This document shows positions 32,983 through 46,416 of a stretch of 64,000 nucleotides of DNA, one piece after another (within the stretch, counting starts at the first letter, position 1; each line of letters opens with the position of its first letter). The notes under the pieces are model-generated. The model was given only the letters and a program-made list of their open reading frames with translations, searched no databases and was not told the DNA's origin. The DNA is taken from NCBI GenBank assembly GCA_965644315.1, contig CBFFRQ010000042.1:124001-188000 (forward strand), written 5' to 3'. Source of the DNA: Caecitellus pseudoparvulus (Eukaryota > Protista > Bigyra: Bicosoecida). The position numbers and the translations under genes are program-made.

Positions 32983-34149
32983 TCACCGGTCCTCAGCCTC
33001 GCCAGCAACAAAGCAAGCGTAGCTTTGCACCGTCACCGGCGTCCCACCAGCGGCAGCCTTCAGGTAGGCTGTGACGCTCCGTCCTTCTTCATCTGTCAGG
33101 CACTCTTGGTGCACCAGGCAGGACTCGCTGAAGAATTTGCGCATGCGACCGGAGACAATCTTCTCGGCCACTGCGGGCGGCTTACTTGGGTCCACGCTCT
33201 GCATGATCAGGGCCCGCTCCTCCTCAACTACAGCAGCTGGGATGGACGCTTCGTCCAGGTACTGGGGCCGCGCGACCGCAATGTGCATGGCCACTCGAGT
33301 GCCAGCCTCGGCCAGCGCTGCCATCTTTCCAGCATCGCTCGTGTCCAGCTCTGGCCCCCCTACAGCCACTGCGACGCCAACCTTGCCCATCCCTTGACGT
33401 GCGGTGTTGTGTACGTATCTGTGAGTACAGTGATGAGGAGGGAGGTGGAGAGGGCCCTGGCTCAGGCGGGCAGCGACTCAGTCTCCGCAATACTCACGTG
33501 CTGACCACTCCATTTTCCGCAGACACGGCGCGCGCCCTGCGGAGGACAATGTTCTCCCCTGCTTTACCAGCTGTTGCCTTGATGGCATCCTTTGTGATGC
33601 TGATGCCTCCTGACTCTGGATCTGGCGTCTCCGCGGCGCTCAGCGCTTCCAAGGCCTCCTCAGGGGTGGCCTCTGGCTTCACGTGCTTCACAGCAGTGGA
33701 AGACAGGCCGCTGAGCAAGTCCATGAACAGCTCCGTGCGCGAAGCGAAGTCGGTCTCTATGTTCAACTGCATATGCCATGAGCCATGCAGGCGTGTACGA
33801 GCCAGCTGTGCCTCCCGTCAGGCTCAGGAGCAGCACGCACCTCCACCAGCACTGCTGAGTTGCCGTCGTCACTGGCGGCGACGCCGACCAGGCCATTCTG
33901 CGCCACCCGGTGCGCCTTTGTCGCAGCTTTTGCCATGCCTTGCTCTCGGAGCCACTTGACTGCAGCAGAGAAGTCCCCATTCACGTCAGGGGCGTGCAGT
34001 GCCTTCTTACACTGCAGGACAGGGGCGCCCGTGGCAGCTCGGAGCTCCTTCACCATGGCCATGCTCACGCCTCGGGAGAGGGGCACTGCCCGCAGCAGGG
34101 CAGCAGCACGGGAAGTCCGTGCCGCTGAGCGGCACACGACAGCTGCCAT
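32983..34149 (-). CDS. TSFM: Mitochondrial translation elongation factor Ts
   Basis: Introns 33840-33767 and 33497-33419. Presequence, VKELRAATGAPVLQCKKAL, VELNIETDFASR, GENIVLRR, YVH, AMHIAVARP, EKIVSGRMRKFF. Confidence 0.93.
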
Positions 34150-34330
34150 GGTGGAAAATAAGTGTGCTGCCAGTGGGGGCGAGGGAGTCAGTGTGTTTGA
34201 AGGGTCTGAAAAGTACTGCAGTCCCCGCTTTGCGCGTATAGCGCAGCCCCACAGAACAGCCTAGAAACGGGCGCGCCTTGGCATGGGGCACTGCATTCAA
34301 TCATGGTGCGATGTGGCGTGGTGTATGCGC

Positions 34331-37300
34331 TCACTGCAAGAGGGTGTTGGCTGCACGGTTAGCGTCGCCACCGGCGGCTCGCAATGCCTCCAGCACAGCA
34401 CCGGCTGGCTGCCCACTCAGGCTCTGCAAGTTCGCCACAGCCTCCGCCTCCATCGCACTTTCGAATTCGATGGTTGCTGCAGCACCATCGGCGTGCTCTC
34501 CAGTTGCTGCCTCGTCGGTGGGCAGCGAGTCCTCCACTTCCTGTGCCCCGTGGACGAGGTCTGCAGTGCTCGGGGGCTGCGCGGCAACGGGCGTAGAGGA
34601 CCCGTCCGACACGGATGCCTCCATGGAGGCTGACCCAAGGGCGCCCTCAAAGCTACCCTCCGTCCCAGATGTCTCAGATCGCACGCGAGCCTTCATGGCA
34701 ACTCGGCCGGAGTGTGCCACTGGCTGCGCAGGGGCAGGCTCCTCCACGAGCACGTACCCTTCGCTGTCCTCGGCTGCAGCCGTCCCCTCCCCTTGGGCGG
34801 CACACGCCGCAGTCGGAGAAGTCTGGACCACAGCGTCGGAGGCAGGGGGGATCTGCCCCGCAGCGCGAAGTGTGGCAAGCACCTTGGAAGCATTGGAGCT
34901 GTCCACCAACATGTGGTGCCAGAAGCGGTGCCCGAAACGCGTGCCGTCGGGGGAGACGAGCCGGAAGTATCCAACGTGGCGTCCGGGGAATGCAGGAGCG
35001 CGGAGCGCGAGGGAAATGTCAACGGTCTCACCAGGAGCGATGGACTGCACGGGAACCCCCTCCTCCGCCACGCCCAGGCTGTTCCCGCCGACATTAATCA
35101 GGCGGCAACCTTCAGGCCACGTGGAATGGCCAGAGTTCTGCACACGCCAGACTTTCAGGAAGGTCTCCCCTGGCTGCACGCTGGAGTCCTTGCTGACAGT
35201 GACGTGGGCTACGAACTTCGCTGCTGGAGCACTGGCAGCAATCGGGTTCCCTGTCTCGAAAGCGAAAGGCCTGCGGCTGGACGAGGCAGGGCCAGACAGT
35301 GCTGAGCCAGGTACAATGTCTGCGGTGGTGCTTGTGGCAGGCGCAGATGCCGTCGTGGACATGATGGTGCTAGCGCATGCCATCGTCCGTCCGGCTGACA
35401 AGCTGGCCGCGATGGCTGCTTGAAGAGTGCAATCCTCCTGGTCCAGGCTGTGAGCAGGTGGGGGTGTGGCGGGCTGTGTCGTTGCCTCAACAGCTGCGGA
35501 ATCCTTTGCCCAGGGCTTGGGGCAGTGGCGGTGACGGCGCCACCGGCCGCTGCCGCAGTGGTGGTGTCCATGCCCCCCCGCTTCGGCGCTGCCTGATCGC
35601 TGCCCGCGACGCCAACGGCGCCAGCGACCATGACAGCTCTCATGCTTTTGAGAGGGCTTGAGTGCACCAGCGCTGCCTTCGAGTTGAGCGGCTGATTGCT
35701 GCCCGCGGTGTCGGGAACGACGGTGGTGGTGTCCGTGAGCCCCATGGCGGTGGCCATGACGACGGCCGCGCCGGCCATGGCGACGGCAGCGACCCTTGCA
35801 GCCGCCTCGACCTTCGCGCCGGCGGGGCAACGCTGCAGCGATCAGAGCAGCCAGTGAGCGGGGCATGACAGTCTCGACAAGGTCAGCCGAGGCGCCTGCG
35901 TCGCCGGAGCCCCCACTGGCACGGCCAGCCACACGGTCGAGCAGCCGGGCTGGAAGCCAGACTGCTGTGCCACCACGAGAGAGCATGCCAGGGTACGGCT
36001 TTCGCTCCACGTCCGAGCTGGATGAGGAGGCTTCAGCATCGGAGGGAGTGAACTCCCCCTCCTCCTCGCCAACTTCACCACCCGCAAGACTCTGCAGGTA
36101 GCCGCCCAGCTCCTCCACAGGCACGGAGTGTGATTCCAGGTCGTCAAGGGAGAAGGACGCCCCTGTCTCGATGCCTGCCTCGACCGCTGCGGCAACCTCC
36201 TCCGCATGGAAGCCAGCCCGGAGAAGCACGTCTTGGTTGCACGAAACGGTCGTGACACCAATGTCCCCGTACACGGCCACGAAAAGCTCGATGATGGGCA
36301 GCACAACTCCGCTGTGAACGACAAGCTTGATCGCCTGCTCTCGCCCTTCCTCGCTCGTCAGGTCCAGAGCAGAGGCGTCCAGGACGACGGTTGCAAGGGC
36401 TGGAATAAGAGAGAATGCTTCCTGGGCAAACATCCCAAATCGCTCATGTGTAACAAGCATGCGGAGGGAGGACAGGTACACCTGCAGCTCCTTGAACAGC
36501 AGCATGCAGTTGCGTTGGCAGGGCACGGTGGGCGTGCGCAGCTCCACTCGAGGCGAGGCAGAGGCACAGGCTGGCGGAGTGCCCGCCTCAGCCTCGTCAT
36601 CAGCCAGGTCGGGCAGGCTGCCCAGCATGGCTTGCAGGTTCGTGGCGGCGTCTTCAGCCGACGCACACAGTGCCAAGCTGCCCAAGGCCTCTTCCACCGC
36701 ATGGACGGCGTCAGCGTGCTGGGTCCCAGCGCGTTGCTTGTACTCGTCCAGGGCGAGTCGGCCAAGCTCTGCGATGCTGTCAGGGCTCAGGGGGAGGGGG
36801 GCTGCGTGCCCTGCCTCGAAGCCCACCTCATCCTCGACTGCAGCTGCTTCTGGCGAAGCTTGGCTGGGTTGGTCCACCGTGGTGCGGGTGGCGGGTGCAG
36901 CTTCACTCTCTGTCTGAGCAGTGCGTTGCTTGGGCACAATGGGTGTGGCAGGGATGGCCTCCACTTGTCCCTTGGCGGAAGTGCCCATTCCTGCGGGGGG
37001 CAAAGAAAGTGGCGTTGCGGAAGCGTCGCAGAAAAACGGTTTGCGCGGAGCCACCACGCCAGCACGAGAACTCACCAGCAACGGGCTCCAGCGTCAGCTT
37101 GAGGGTGCCTTGAGCACAGTCCAGGGCGTCTTGCCAATCCTCCTCCGTGGAAATGCGGATGCGGTCACCATCGCCGTCGACGAAGGTGGCCAGTGCGTGG
37201 TCAGGAGGGACAGGCAGGGCAGCCGAGGCAATTACCTGCTGTAGGTCTTGAAAGGAGAAGTCAGCCTTGGTAATTCGTCGGCGAATGCCGACGTCTCCTT

Positions 37301-37340
37301 GGAAGACTTTAATGACAAGCTTGTCACCTGGGGATGCCAT
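34331..37340 (-). CDS. NBR1-like selective autophagy receptor (PB1 - FW/NBR1 domain - LIR - UBA-like)
   Basis: Intron 37075-36991. PB1 with acidic FVDGDGDRIRISTEEDW, FW domain FLKVWRVQNSG..WPEG...YFRL..PDGTRFG, LIR-like EDSEGYVLV, UBA-like tail ALRAAGGDANRAANTLL. Confidence 0.8.
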
Positions 37341-37997
37341 GGTGTTGCGCTGAAGAAGTCACTGCGCGTTGCGTTGCCTTGGACAACGAGAAGGCAAGAG
37401 GAATGAAAAAGCCGTAAGGTGTGAAGGGAAATCGGGGCAGATAGCGCGGGTGTGCACTGCCTCTGCAAGTACACTCGAAAACGAAATGAGTGGGGTGGTT
37501 GGTTTTGACCGAAGCGTGAGAGTAGACGAAAGCCAAGTGCACTGCACTTCCCACCTCGTGCCGGCGACACTCGAGCCCCCTTCAAGCGTGCCCTGCGCAC
37601 AACATGTAAGGACCCGCGGCACCTGTGATATCGGTCACACATCTTCGTATTGCTGTGCCACTGCCTCACGGCTGAGCACACCCTGCATGATCAAAAGCGA
37701 AGCGAAAGATCCTCGGCTGCAGCCTGCTACGCTTGCGTTTCGCTTCCGTACCCCGCTCGGACAAGAGCAGCAACCCTGCTCGACAGCACGCTTGTGAGGG
37801 GCTCCTTGGACCGCCCACACTCTATGCTATGCCAGGGCTTGCATTCCTGTGCCTCCTCTGTCGCAGGCCCGGGCCAAGGCGCCATCAGACAGATTGGCGT
37901 GGTTGGACAGTGGCAAGGAAGCGGGAGAGGCAGATTGGCTCGGGCAGTGTGCCTGGCGAAGTGCGGGTTGTGAAACGCCGGAGCCTGGAATCCAGAC

Positions 37998-40900
37998 ATG
38001 CTGCGGTCACCTGAGCCCATGGAGCCTGTCGCCCCACAGCCTCCCCCACAGTCGGAGGCGTCGCTGGGGACTGCTGGTGCCAGCGAAACGCCTTCTGCCA
38101 GCGACGTGTGCACTGTGATTGCATTGCCTCAGAACCCGCTGGAGATTCCAGGCGCGCCCCCTGACCACCGCATTGAATCAAGCACGGACTACCACGAGCG
38201 ACTTGGGTGTAAGTCGCTGGCCCTTGCAGGGCTGTGCCAGCCGCTTGCCACATTCACTGGCTCGCTGTGCCACAGACCGTGTCCGCATCTACTGGCCAAT
38301 GGACAAAGCGTGGTACAGCGGAACGATCGTCAAATTTGACGCAGCCAGTGGCCAGCATCGCGTGCTGTACGACGACGGGGACTCCAGGTGGTACGACCTG
38401 TCCACAAAGCACTGGCAGCCAACGTGGCAGTACAAGGGCTCAGTGCTGAACGAATGCCTGGGCTTCTCGGACGATGCCGCTCACTGGCGGCTGTGCCAGA
38501 TCATGGCATATGATCCAGTGGCTGACAAACACACAGTGCAGTGCGATGGGGAAGCTGTTCTGCGCCAGCTGAGCCTGCAGGCGGTGCAGGTCAAGTGGCT
38601 TGTGAACCCTCAACGCCAGCTGTTCAACGTCGCACCCTTGCCGCTGGATAAGGTCATTCGAGCCTTCCCTCGGCACCACCCCTTCCTGGACGCAGACTTG
38701 AATTCCAGCTGGGAGTGGAGCTACCCTGCACCCCCCTCCCAGTTCTCACCAGCAGGGGAGCACGACTTGGCAGAGCCCGGGCCTGGGTGGTTGGCTCCCC
38801 ACTCGGTTCTCTGGCGCCGCCTGGTGGGCCGGCGCATCCAAGCGTTCTGGATGGGGGATGTCACCTTCTACCCTGGCACAATCCTGCGGTACTTCCCCCC
38901 TGGCAAGCCTCACCCGACACACATCCAGCTCAGCCAGGCGAGTGTGCCGGAAGTTGACAGCCACCGCATCCTCATCATCTACGACGACGGGGATCGCCAA
39001 GTGAAGAGCCTGACATCCCTGCGCTTTGCATGGATGCAAGACCAGGTGGATGGGCCCCAGCGCAGCCCTGGTGTCGTTGGCCTCCTGAACATGTACAACA
39101 CTTGCTACCTGAACGCCATCCTGCAGTGCCTGAGCCACACGGCTCCTCTCGCGCGCTTCTTCACACACGGCGATGCTGTTTGGGCATGCATCAACCGCAG
39201 CAACGACATGGGCACGGGCGGGCGACTTGCTGAGGCGTTCGCTGGCCTGCAGAAGGCACTGTGGACTCGCGGGCACTGCTCATCCGTGGCGCCTGGCTGG
39301 GTAAAGGCTGTGCTGGCTGACCGTGACCCGACGTTCAATGGCATGGGCCAACAGGATGCTCATGAGTCGTTGCTGCAGCTGCTGGACGGGCTGCATGAGG
39401 ACCTGGCAGTCAAGGCGACCCTGCACCCCGAAACGGCTTCCCTGTCAGTCGCCGGCTCGCCAGCTATGTCAGCCGCTGCAGCTGCTAGCCCCATGCGCGG
39501 CGACCCGACTGTCACCCTGCCCCCGGCCCACCCCATGTTTGTGACTGATGCAGCCACATCTGCTGCTGGGCCCTCAGCTCCCTCGAGTTCACCTGCAGCT
39601 GCTGCAGGTGAGGGCAAGGACAGCAAGGCGGGCGACGAGGGTGCAGGGGAGGATGCCGCGATCACAGTGAGCACGTCCATTATCAAGCGCCTGTTCTTTG
39701 TCCGCACAGCAGAGCTAATCGAGTGGGAGCAAGCCTTCACGACTGACTTGGATGCAGCATCAGACGGCAAACTGCTGGGCGCCAGGTCGCTGGACGCAGG
39801 CCATGTGGCCTGCGGACGTGGCATGAGCCTGGAGCCAGCGACAGCATCCTCCTCCTCGGCGAAGGAGCCCAAGAAGAAACGCGGGTGGCTCGCGTGGATG
39901 GGGTTGCGTAGGTCTAAGCCAGGAACGGGCAAGGTCGCCTCCGATGCCAGCATGCCCATGCAGGGCGCTGGCGAAGACCTGCCCGAGCCGCCGGATAGCC
40001 AGGCGTCGGGTCGTGAAGCTGCAGCTATGCAACGCCTGCAACTACGCCTGGGACCCATGGGGGGTGAGCTACTGCCACCAATACCAGTGTCCTACTCTGT
40101 TACGGCACACCACAAGACTCACGTCCGCCGGTACAAGCGGAACCTGGACGGACCGGCACCCCCACCACCCCCGCCTCCTAGCGAGCGGGTCTCCCTTGAA
40201 GACCCGATTGGCTCCCCTGCGCGGAAACCTGCGCCTAGCCCTCTCAAGCAACACGGCGCCGATGACGGTCGCACTGGCGCAGCTCACCCCACTGTTCCTG
40301 CATCCCCAGCTGCAGGTCACAAGCCAGGAGACGAGGATGCGACTGCGCCGTCACCCCCGCCGCCTCGGACCCAGCAAGAGCAGGTTAAGTGGTGGAACTT
40401 CATGTCTAGACTCCGGAAAGGCTCGAAAGGTGGCGGTGGGCCTCCGCCTCCTGACCCTGGGGGCCCCCCCATGGACGCCCCATCCCGCCGCCCTTCCGGC
40501 AGCAGTAAAGCTTCAGGGTCGAGCACCGATGCGTCCCAGGCCTCCGCTAGCCTCGAAGGCAAGCCATTAAACGTGGCTGTGGGGCAGCAGCGCAACGCAA
40601 GCAGTCTGCAGGAGTGCCTGGACGCTTACTTTGCCCCCCACAGCACATTCAGACAAGCCCCGGAGGAGGTTGTCCCGAAAGCCCTGGCACAGAAAGCCGC
40701 AACTGCAGGCAAGGCGGTAGATGCATTGGTGGGCAGTGGCTCGGCAGGAGCGGCAAAACAAGACCCGAAGCGAGTGTGGCAGCTCGGGCTGGGGCAGACA
40801 AAGCTGCTGGCACCGCTCCCGCCTGTGCTGCTGTTTCAACTCAAGCGCTTCGAAATCGTGCCTGTGGATGAATATGGCAATCCAACTTGGAACGTGGTGG

Positions 40901-41655
40901 GGGACGATGACGAAGCAGGTGGCGGAGGTGGCGGCTCTCGCCAAGCTGTGAGCTGGGTCATGCGCAAGCTGCCACATGCTGTGCGCTTCCCGCTCACAGG
41001 CTTGGACATGTCCCGCTACGTCGCAACTGAAGCTGCTGTGACCAAGCATCGCAGGCCCTCACAGGTGCGGGGGATGGCGCATGCCAGCCAAGCTGTCACC
41101 GGCACGGTGTCGGGGGGCGTCACGAGCGCCAGCTCCAGAGACACAGGACTCTCTTCGCCCCATGCTGCCCCCACCACTCCCCCGCGAGGAGGCCAGGCTG
41201 CACAGGAGGCAGCAACTTCACAGCCGTCTGCTTTGTACGACTTGTACGGCATTGTCTGCCACGAAGGCTCATCAACTGAGGGTGGGCACTACGTGGCGCT
41301 GGTGAAGGTGGGCGGCTCGCAGCACCTTGCCGGCCACGGCGACCCCACGGACTTGGTGCTGGCAGCTCTGCATGATTTGGAGGGGCGAGAAGCCCTTGAG
41401 CAGGCGGTGCAGGCCTTGCCGGGCGTGGACAGTGGCGCCTCTGTCGCACAAGTCGCTGAGCAAGCCATGCCCTCCCTGCTCAAGCAACCCCCTGCCCTGC
41501 TGCAGACGATGCCCCATGGTGTGACGGGAGATGGCGCAGATGCTTGCTGGTACATGTTTGACGACGTGGATGTGACGCCCATTGATGAATCCTACGTGCG
41601 GCACAAAGTTGTTGCGGGGCAGGCCTACCTTCTGTTCTATGCCAGGCGGTCCTGA
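37998..41655 (+). CDS. Ubiquitin-specific protease (C19) with N-terminal Tudor-like repeats
   Basis: Intron 38209-38275. Cys box GLLNMYNTCYLNAILQCL, QQDAHE, LLFQLKRF, His box YDLYGIVCHEG..GGHYVA, WYMFDD, AYLLFY. Confidence 0.9.
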
Positions 41656-41657
41656 AT

Positions 41658-42802
41658 TCATTCGCCGTCTCCGTATAGCCCTTGGGCGCCGAGCGTGACT
41701 CTTGGCTCAACGGCATCGGATGCCGAGCCCGTAGTGCAAGATGTCGCTTGCCGCAGCCTAGGGTGGGCTGATCGAGTTCGTACTTTGCGACCGTACTTTG
41801 AGAATCCACCTCTGGAGCTGTCCCCGTTGGGACCAAGCAAAGACGCCGATGCCGGTCGCCTCGAGCTCCGCACAGCTGCCAGTCCTGACCCAGCCGTGCA
41901 CGGGCCGCCGGCTTCCTCGTCGCTGCTACCAGAGGCCTCGCAGGAGCTTGTGCAGAGTACCGCTGCAGCCTCAGTACAGCTTGGTGTTGGTGACAGCACG
42001 CTGCTTTCCGCCACGGTGCGCCTAGTGGAGGCAGTGAGGGAGGGTACCTCTTCCCTGCTCTCGTGTGTGAGGAGCAGGGGCTGGGGGATGCCAGGCAACA
42101 CGTCCAGCGCACTTGCAGGCGGCTTCGTCTCGCGACTTGACTCTTCTTCCATACCCCTCTGCTTCAGTGAGAGGAGCTGAGCCTCCGCTCGGAGCTGCGC
42201 CCGGTGAGCTGCCTTCCGCTGCTGCTGCACCTGCAGCAGCGTTCCCTGCGCAGACCCCAATGCCTCGGTCAGGGCTGCGACCTCGTTCCTTGTGGAAGTC
42301 AGCTGCAGCTGCAGTGACTCACATTCTTGCGTTTTTGAGCCCAACGACGCTCGCAGTTGCTTCGCTTCCTCGCCGCCGTGCTCAGCGTGCGTCTTGGCAC
42401 GGCGCACTTCGGCAGACAGAGCCTCCAACTGCTGCGCTGCCTGGGCCCTTACCTCCGCCAACTCCCTTTCCTTTGCCAGAAGGTGCTGTTTGGAGTCTCT
42501 CGCAGAGCACTCTGCATCAAGCTGCAGCTTTTGAGACCTGTGCACGCCGGAGGCGATTGTGGCGTGCGCCAAGCTGCACAGAGCAACGCTGGCGTTACAC
42601 ACCTTGCCGCTTGGTCTTTCAGCGTCGCGATGAGAGTTTGTAGCTCCTCGATTTCCTGGGCATGCTCTGCTTGCTCTGCCAGCATCTGTTGCCGCATACT
42701 CTTCACCTGCTCCAGGTGCCCCTGCTGGTCTTGCAGGAGGCAACGGGCCTGCTGCAGCTGGCGTTGCAAGCTTGCCACCTCCTCCTCGCCGTGGCTTGCC
42801 AT
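41658..42802 (-). CDS. Hypothetical coiled-coil protein
   Basis: ATG 42802 and intron 42602-42538 join two Q/E/L/A-rich heptad ORFs; disordered C-terminus. Confidence 0.65.
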
Positions 42803-43135
42803 GCAGTTGATATCGCATGCGGCGATGCACGCCGGCTTGTCCGCTTTGACAGGGGTCTCGGCTGTTGCTGATGGCCGCGGTTCGTGACGGGTCAAATTGT
42901 GCTACTCTTCTTGTGAATCAGATATGCGCGGACTTAGCCCTTGACCTCATCTGCAAGGCCCCCTGTCACGTTATCCTCTAAACAAGCGTGTGACAAGGCA
43001 GACATGTAGGTTTGCAAAATACTTACGCCTCTCCTCTGCTCGATCCAGCTGGCCACACTCTCCACACCGTGCAAGCCGTGTTGGAGGCTTACCTTTGCAG
43101 CAGTTGGAGCAAAGTACGAGGCGGAGACGGCCACC

Positions 43136-46134
43136 ATGGCGCACATCTACACAGGCTTTGACGAGGATGAGTATGGCGAGGAGAGCATCAGTCTCCCCAC
43201 GAAAGCGCGGCTGTGCTGCATGGCAGTGGCCTCTTCTAACATTGTGGCAAGCATCGTTGCCGGCGAGGACTGCGCTGTCGTCGTGCTGCAGCAAGTCGGC
43301 GGAAGCAAGATGGGGACGGTTCTGGAGCCATTGCAAGGCCCACTGCCCTACGACCTGCTCGCGGCTGAAGGAATGGCTTTCAACCCTGCAGGCGACCAAC
43401 TGCTCATCCACAACGACACGTTTGTCGTCATCGTAGATGTGCCCAGTCTTCATGCTGGGACGAGGTGGGAGAGCCACTATCCAGTCAGGTGAGCCGCGGA
43501 ATTTGGCTTGCCTGCCGTGCTAGTTCGGCTGCACACCATCGCTTGGCTTCCCCATGCAGGGTGACATTCTTAGGAGAGGGTTTGCTTCCAGATGCTGGTG
43601 TTCGCGACGCTCACTGGCATCCGACCGTTGAGCGTAGTGTGTTCGTGCTGACCAGCACGGAGCTGCTCGGCTTCACTGTCGGAGCGGACGCTGACCTGTC
43701 GCAGTACCCACACACACGGCTGGCGTTTAGGAAGCACAGCGCCCGCGGCAGCCTGGGTGTATCCTTCAAGTTCGGTGCTACTCGAGGCTGGGAGGCCTTC
43801 ACTGCTTTCATTGGCTGTGAGGACGGCTCTCTGTACGCCTTGTGCCCTGTCTTCGCGCCGGGAGGCATCATCCGAGAGGCGGACTACCAGCAGCTTGTTG
43901 CCCAGCTTGAAGCGGTGGCAGGGCGACAGGAAAGCTACGACACCGAAGCTCTTTGTGCCCACCACTGGCTGGCGGAAGTCTTTCAGCCCCTTCATGAGGA
44001 CCGTGCTGACTTCCGCATCGCCGAAGCCAGCAAGCATGCTGCAGGGTTTGCGCCTGCAGACCCGCGCAATGCTCGCTCTATCCTCATGCCGGCCGTGCAA
44101 GGCCCACTTCGGATCGAGCCATTGCCCCCTGTTCATGGTGGCAGCGGCATGCAAACGCTGGTGGACCTGGGTGTTTTCCCTGCAGATGCCGCAGGCTTGC
44201 CAGCCCTCGTAACGCTTCACGCAGGGGGGCAGGTACAAGGCGTCATTTGCACCGCTGCTCCGATGCCGGCCTGGTGTGCAAGTGTTGAGCAAGGCCTTCG
44301 CAGTGTGCACCTGGACCACGTGCCATATCGGCACAAGTGCGGAGACTCAGGCCCAGCTGCAGTGCTCGGCGTGTGGGCCATGCCCAGCGGTGCCGCTGCA
44401 GGGCAGGCGCCACCAGACGCCGAGGGGGTGGAACAAATTCCCCGCCTCATCATGGACCCCCACGTACCGACGTTCACGCACATCGTCCACAGCAACAAAG
44501 TCACATGCTTGCGCCACCACTGGCTGGAAGCCGTCGCAGGCCGCGTGCAGGCAAATGGCAACAGGGCAACCGCTCCCCTTGTGGCTCGGGTGTCTTCCGT
44601 CGATTTGTCAGTTGTCAGCGTACCAGGGCACGGCAGTTGCGTTCCGGGTGCAGCCGTCTTACCCGATCGTGCCATTGGGCATCAGCTCCTCGTTCGGCCG
44701 GGTCCCCTGACTGGGGCCGGGGACGAAACCGAGCAGCTACCAAACCTGCGCATGCTCCCACTGGATGCCATTTACTTCGCCCAACTACAACAGCCATTGG
44801 ACCGTGAAGTGCCGGCACGCCTTGGGTCGGACGGGCCTTCAGTGGAGTCACTTCCCCCACTTGCACCCATTGTGCAGGCTGTCAAGCATGCAAACCTTGC
44901 AGAGCATGCAGATCCTGACCATGCACCTGACTTAGTCACAGCTCGACTGAGTGCGCTTGGAAAGCTGGCAGAGGTCGTGCAGCGGCTGCGTAGCTTGGTG
45001 GTGCTCCCCCTGGCCAAGCTGCAAATCCTGTCATCCCAGCGATTGGGCACTCTCGTGACCATGACTGCCGCTCACGCCGAGGAGGGTGGCCAGCTGGCAG
45101 AGCAGGCTAACCGACTGGAAGACAAGTACACAGCACACCTTGCTCGTGCGAAGGAGCTCCTGGCCCGCGTGCAGCGCACCCGCATGAAGTGCGTTCTCAT
45201 CTCGAGGGCGCTCAGTCAGCGCTTCTCGCGCTTGTCTGATGCTGAGGCAAGCTTCATTGCAGACTTGCACGCATCTGAACGGGCCCTGCGAGAAGGCGTG
45301 CAAACATCCCTGGCGCAGCTGGGACGTGTAGCCTCCAACCTGGCAGATGGGAAGCGGGAACACGTGGCCCACGTGTGGGGCTTGGCAAGTGGGATGGCAG
45401 ACCAGACGCCGACCGTGCCCACGTTTGCGACGCCTCAGCGGGCTGAGGTCACCCCAGCTCGCGGTACCCCACGGCGTGCAGGCACTCTCCCACGCCCGAT
45501 GTCCGCGTCCCCCGCAAGTGCCCGGCGGACACGCTACATTGACAGCTCTCGAGCTGTGCCAGCTGTCCCTGACGTGGACCCCGGCCAACTGCAAGACCTG
45601 CAGAACTCGCTGGTTAAGCTTACACAGGGGGTCGCTCGCCGACACAAAGCTGTACTGGATGCAATCAAACGCATGGACCGCCTGGTGGGGGAGGCGGCCT
45701 CTTTTGAGCTCGCAGCAGCTGCGACGCGTGCAGAGGAAGGTGCGCAGGCTTCCAGCCCAGCTTCCTCATCTTTGACCCCCCCGTCAGCTGCCCCTGCAGA
45801 GGTGACGCCAGCAGCCCCAACCCTAGCTGCGCCACAAATGGGTGGAGGAGCAGCAGCCCCGGTACCGGTTGGCATCTCTGTTTCCTCTCCCGCACCCGCG
45901 ACACCAAGTGTGGCCCCGCACCGGCCTGAGGGTCAGCTTGCTCCCGAGGAGTCCATGCCAACCACTGCCGAGAGGACGCCAGCGCGACTCACGAGTGAAC
46001 GAGTGTTCATGACACCAAGTGGGAGAGGCTCAGCATCTGAGACGCCAAGGTCAGCCCGCCGGACCACTGGGCGACGCCACTTCTCACGGTCCAGGCTGGG
46101 GCAGACTCCTTCCCGTGCTGTGCCCCAGTGGTGA
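43136..46134 (+). CDS. Nucleoporin Nup88/Nup82-like
   Basis: Intron 43489-43559. Beta-propeller motifs AHWHP...FVLTS and FKFG...WEAFT.F...DGSLYALCP, followed by a coiled coil. Confidence 0.75.
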
Positions 46135-46416
46135 CTGGGCGGCACGCCAGCATGCGGGAGGCAATGCAAATGGAAACAGAAAACGACACTTCCCTGGACT
46201 GCTCTAGGCACGCCGGGGAGTGGGGGATACGCCAATCAACACTAGCGTAGCTCGTCAGGGACGACCGATGCGACAGCTTGGGGCACCAGTCGCCTGTCGA
46301 GGTCATGGCAGGGGCTGCAGCAGCTCGTCAAGGTGGGGGCGTGCTAGAAACCGTTGCTGGAGTTGAAATCCCGCGATGTTCTGGTTGTCTTGCGTCTTTT
46401 ATCCCTCGTGCCTGTC

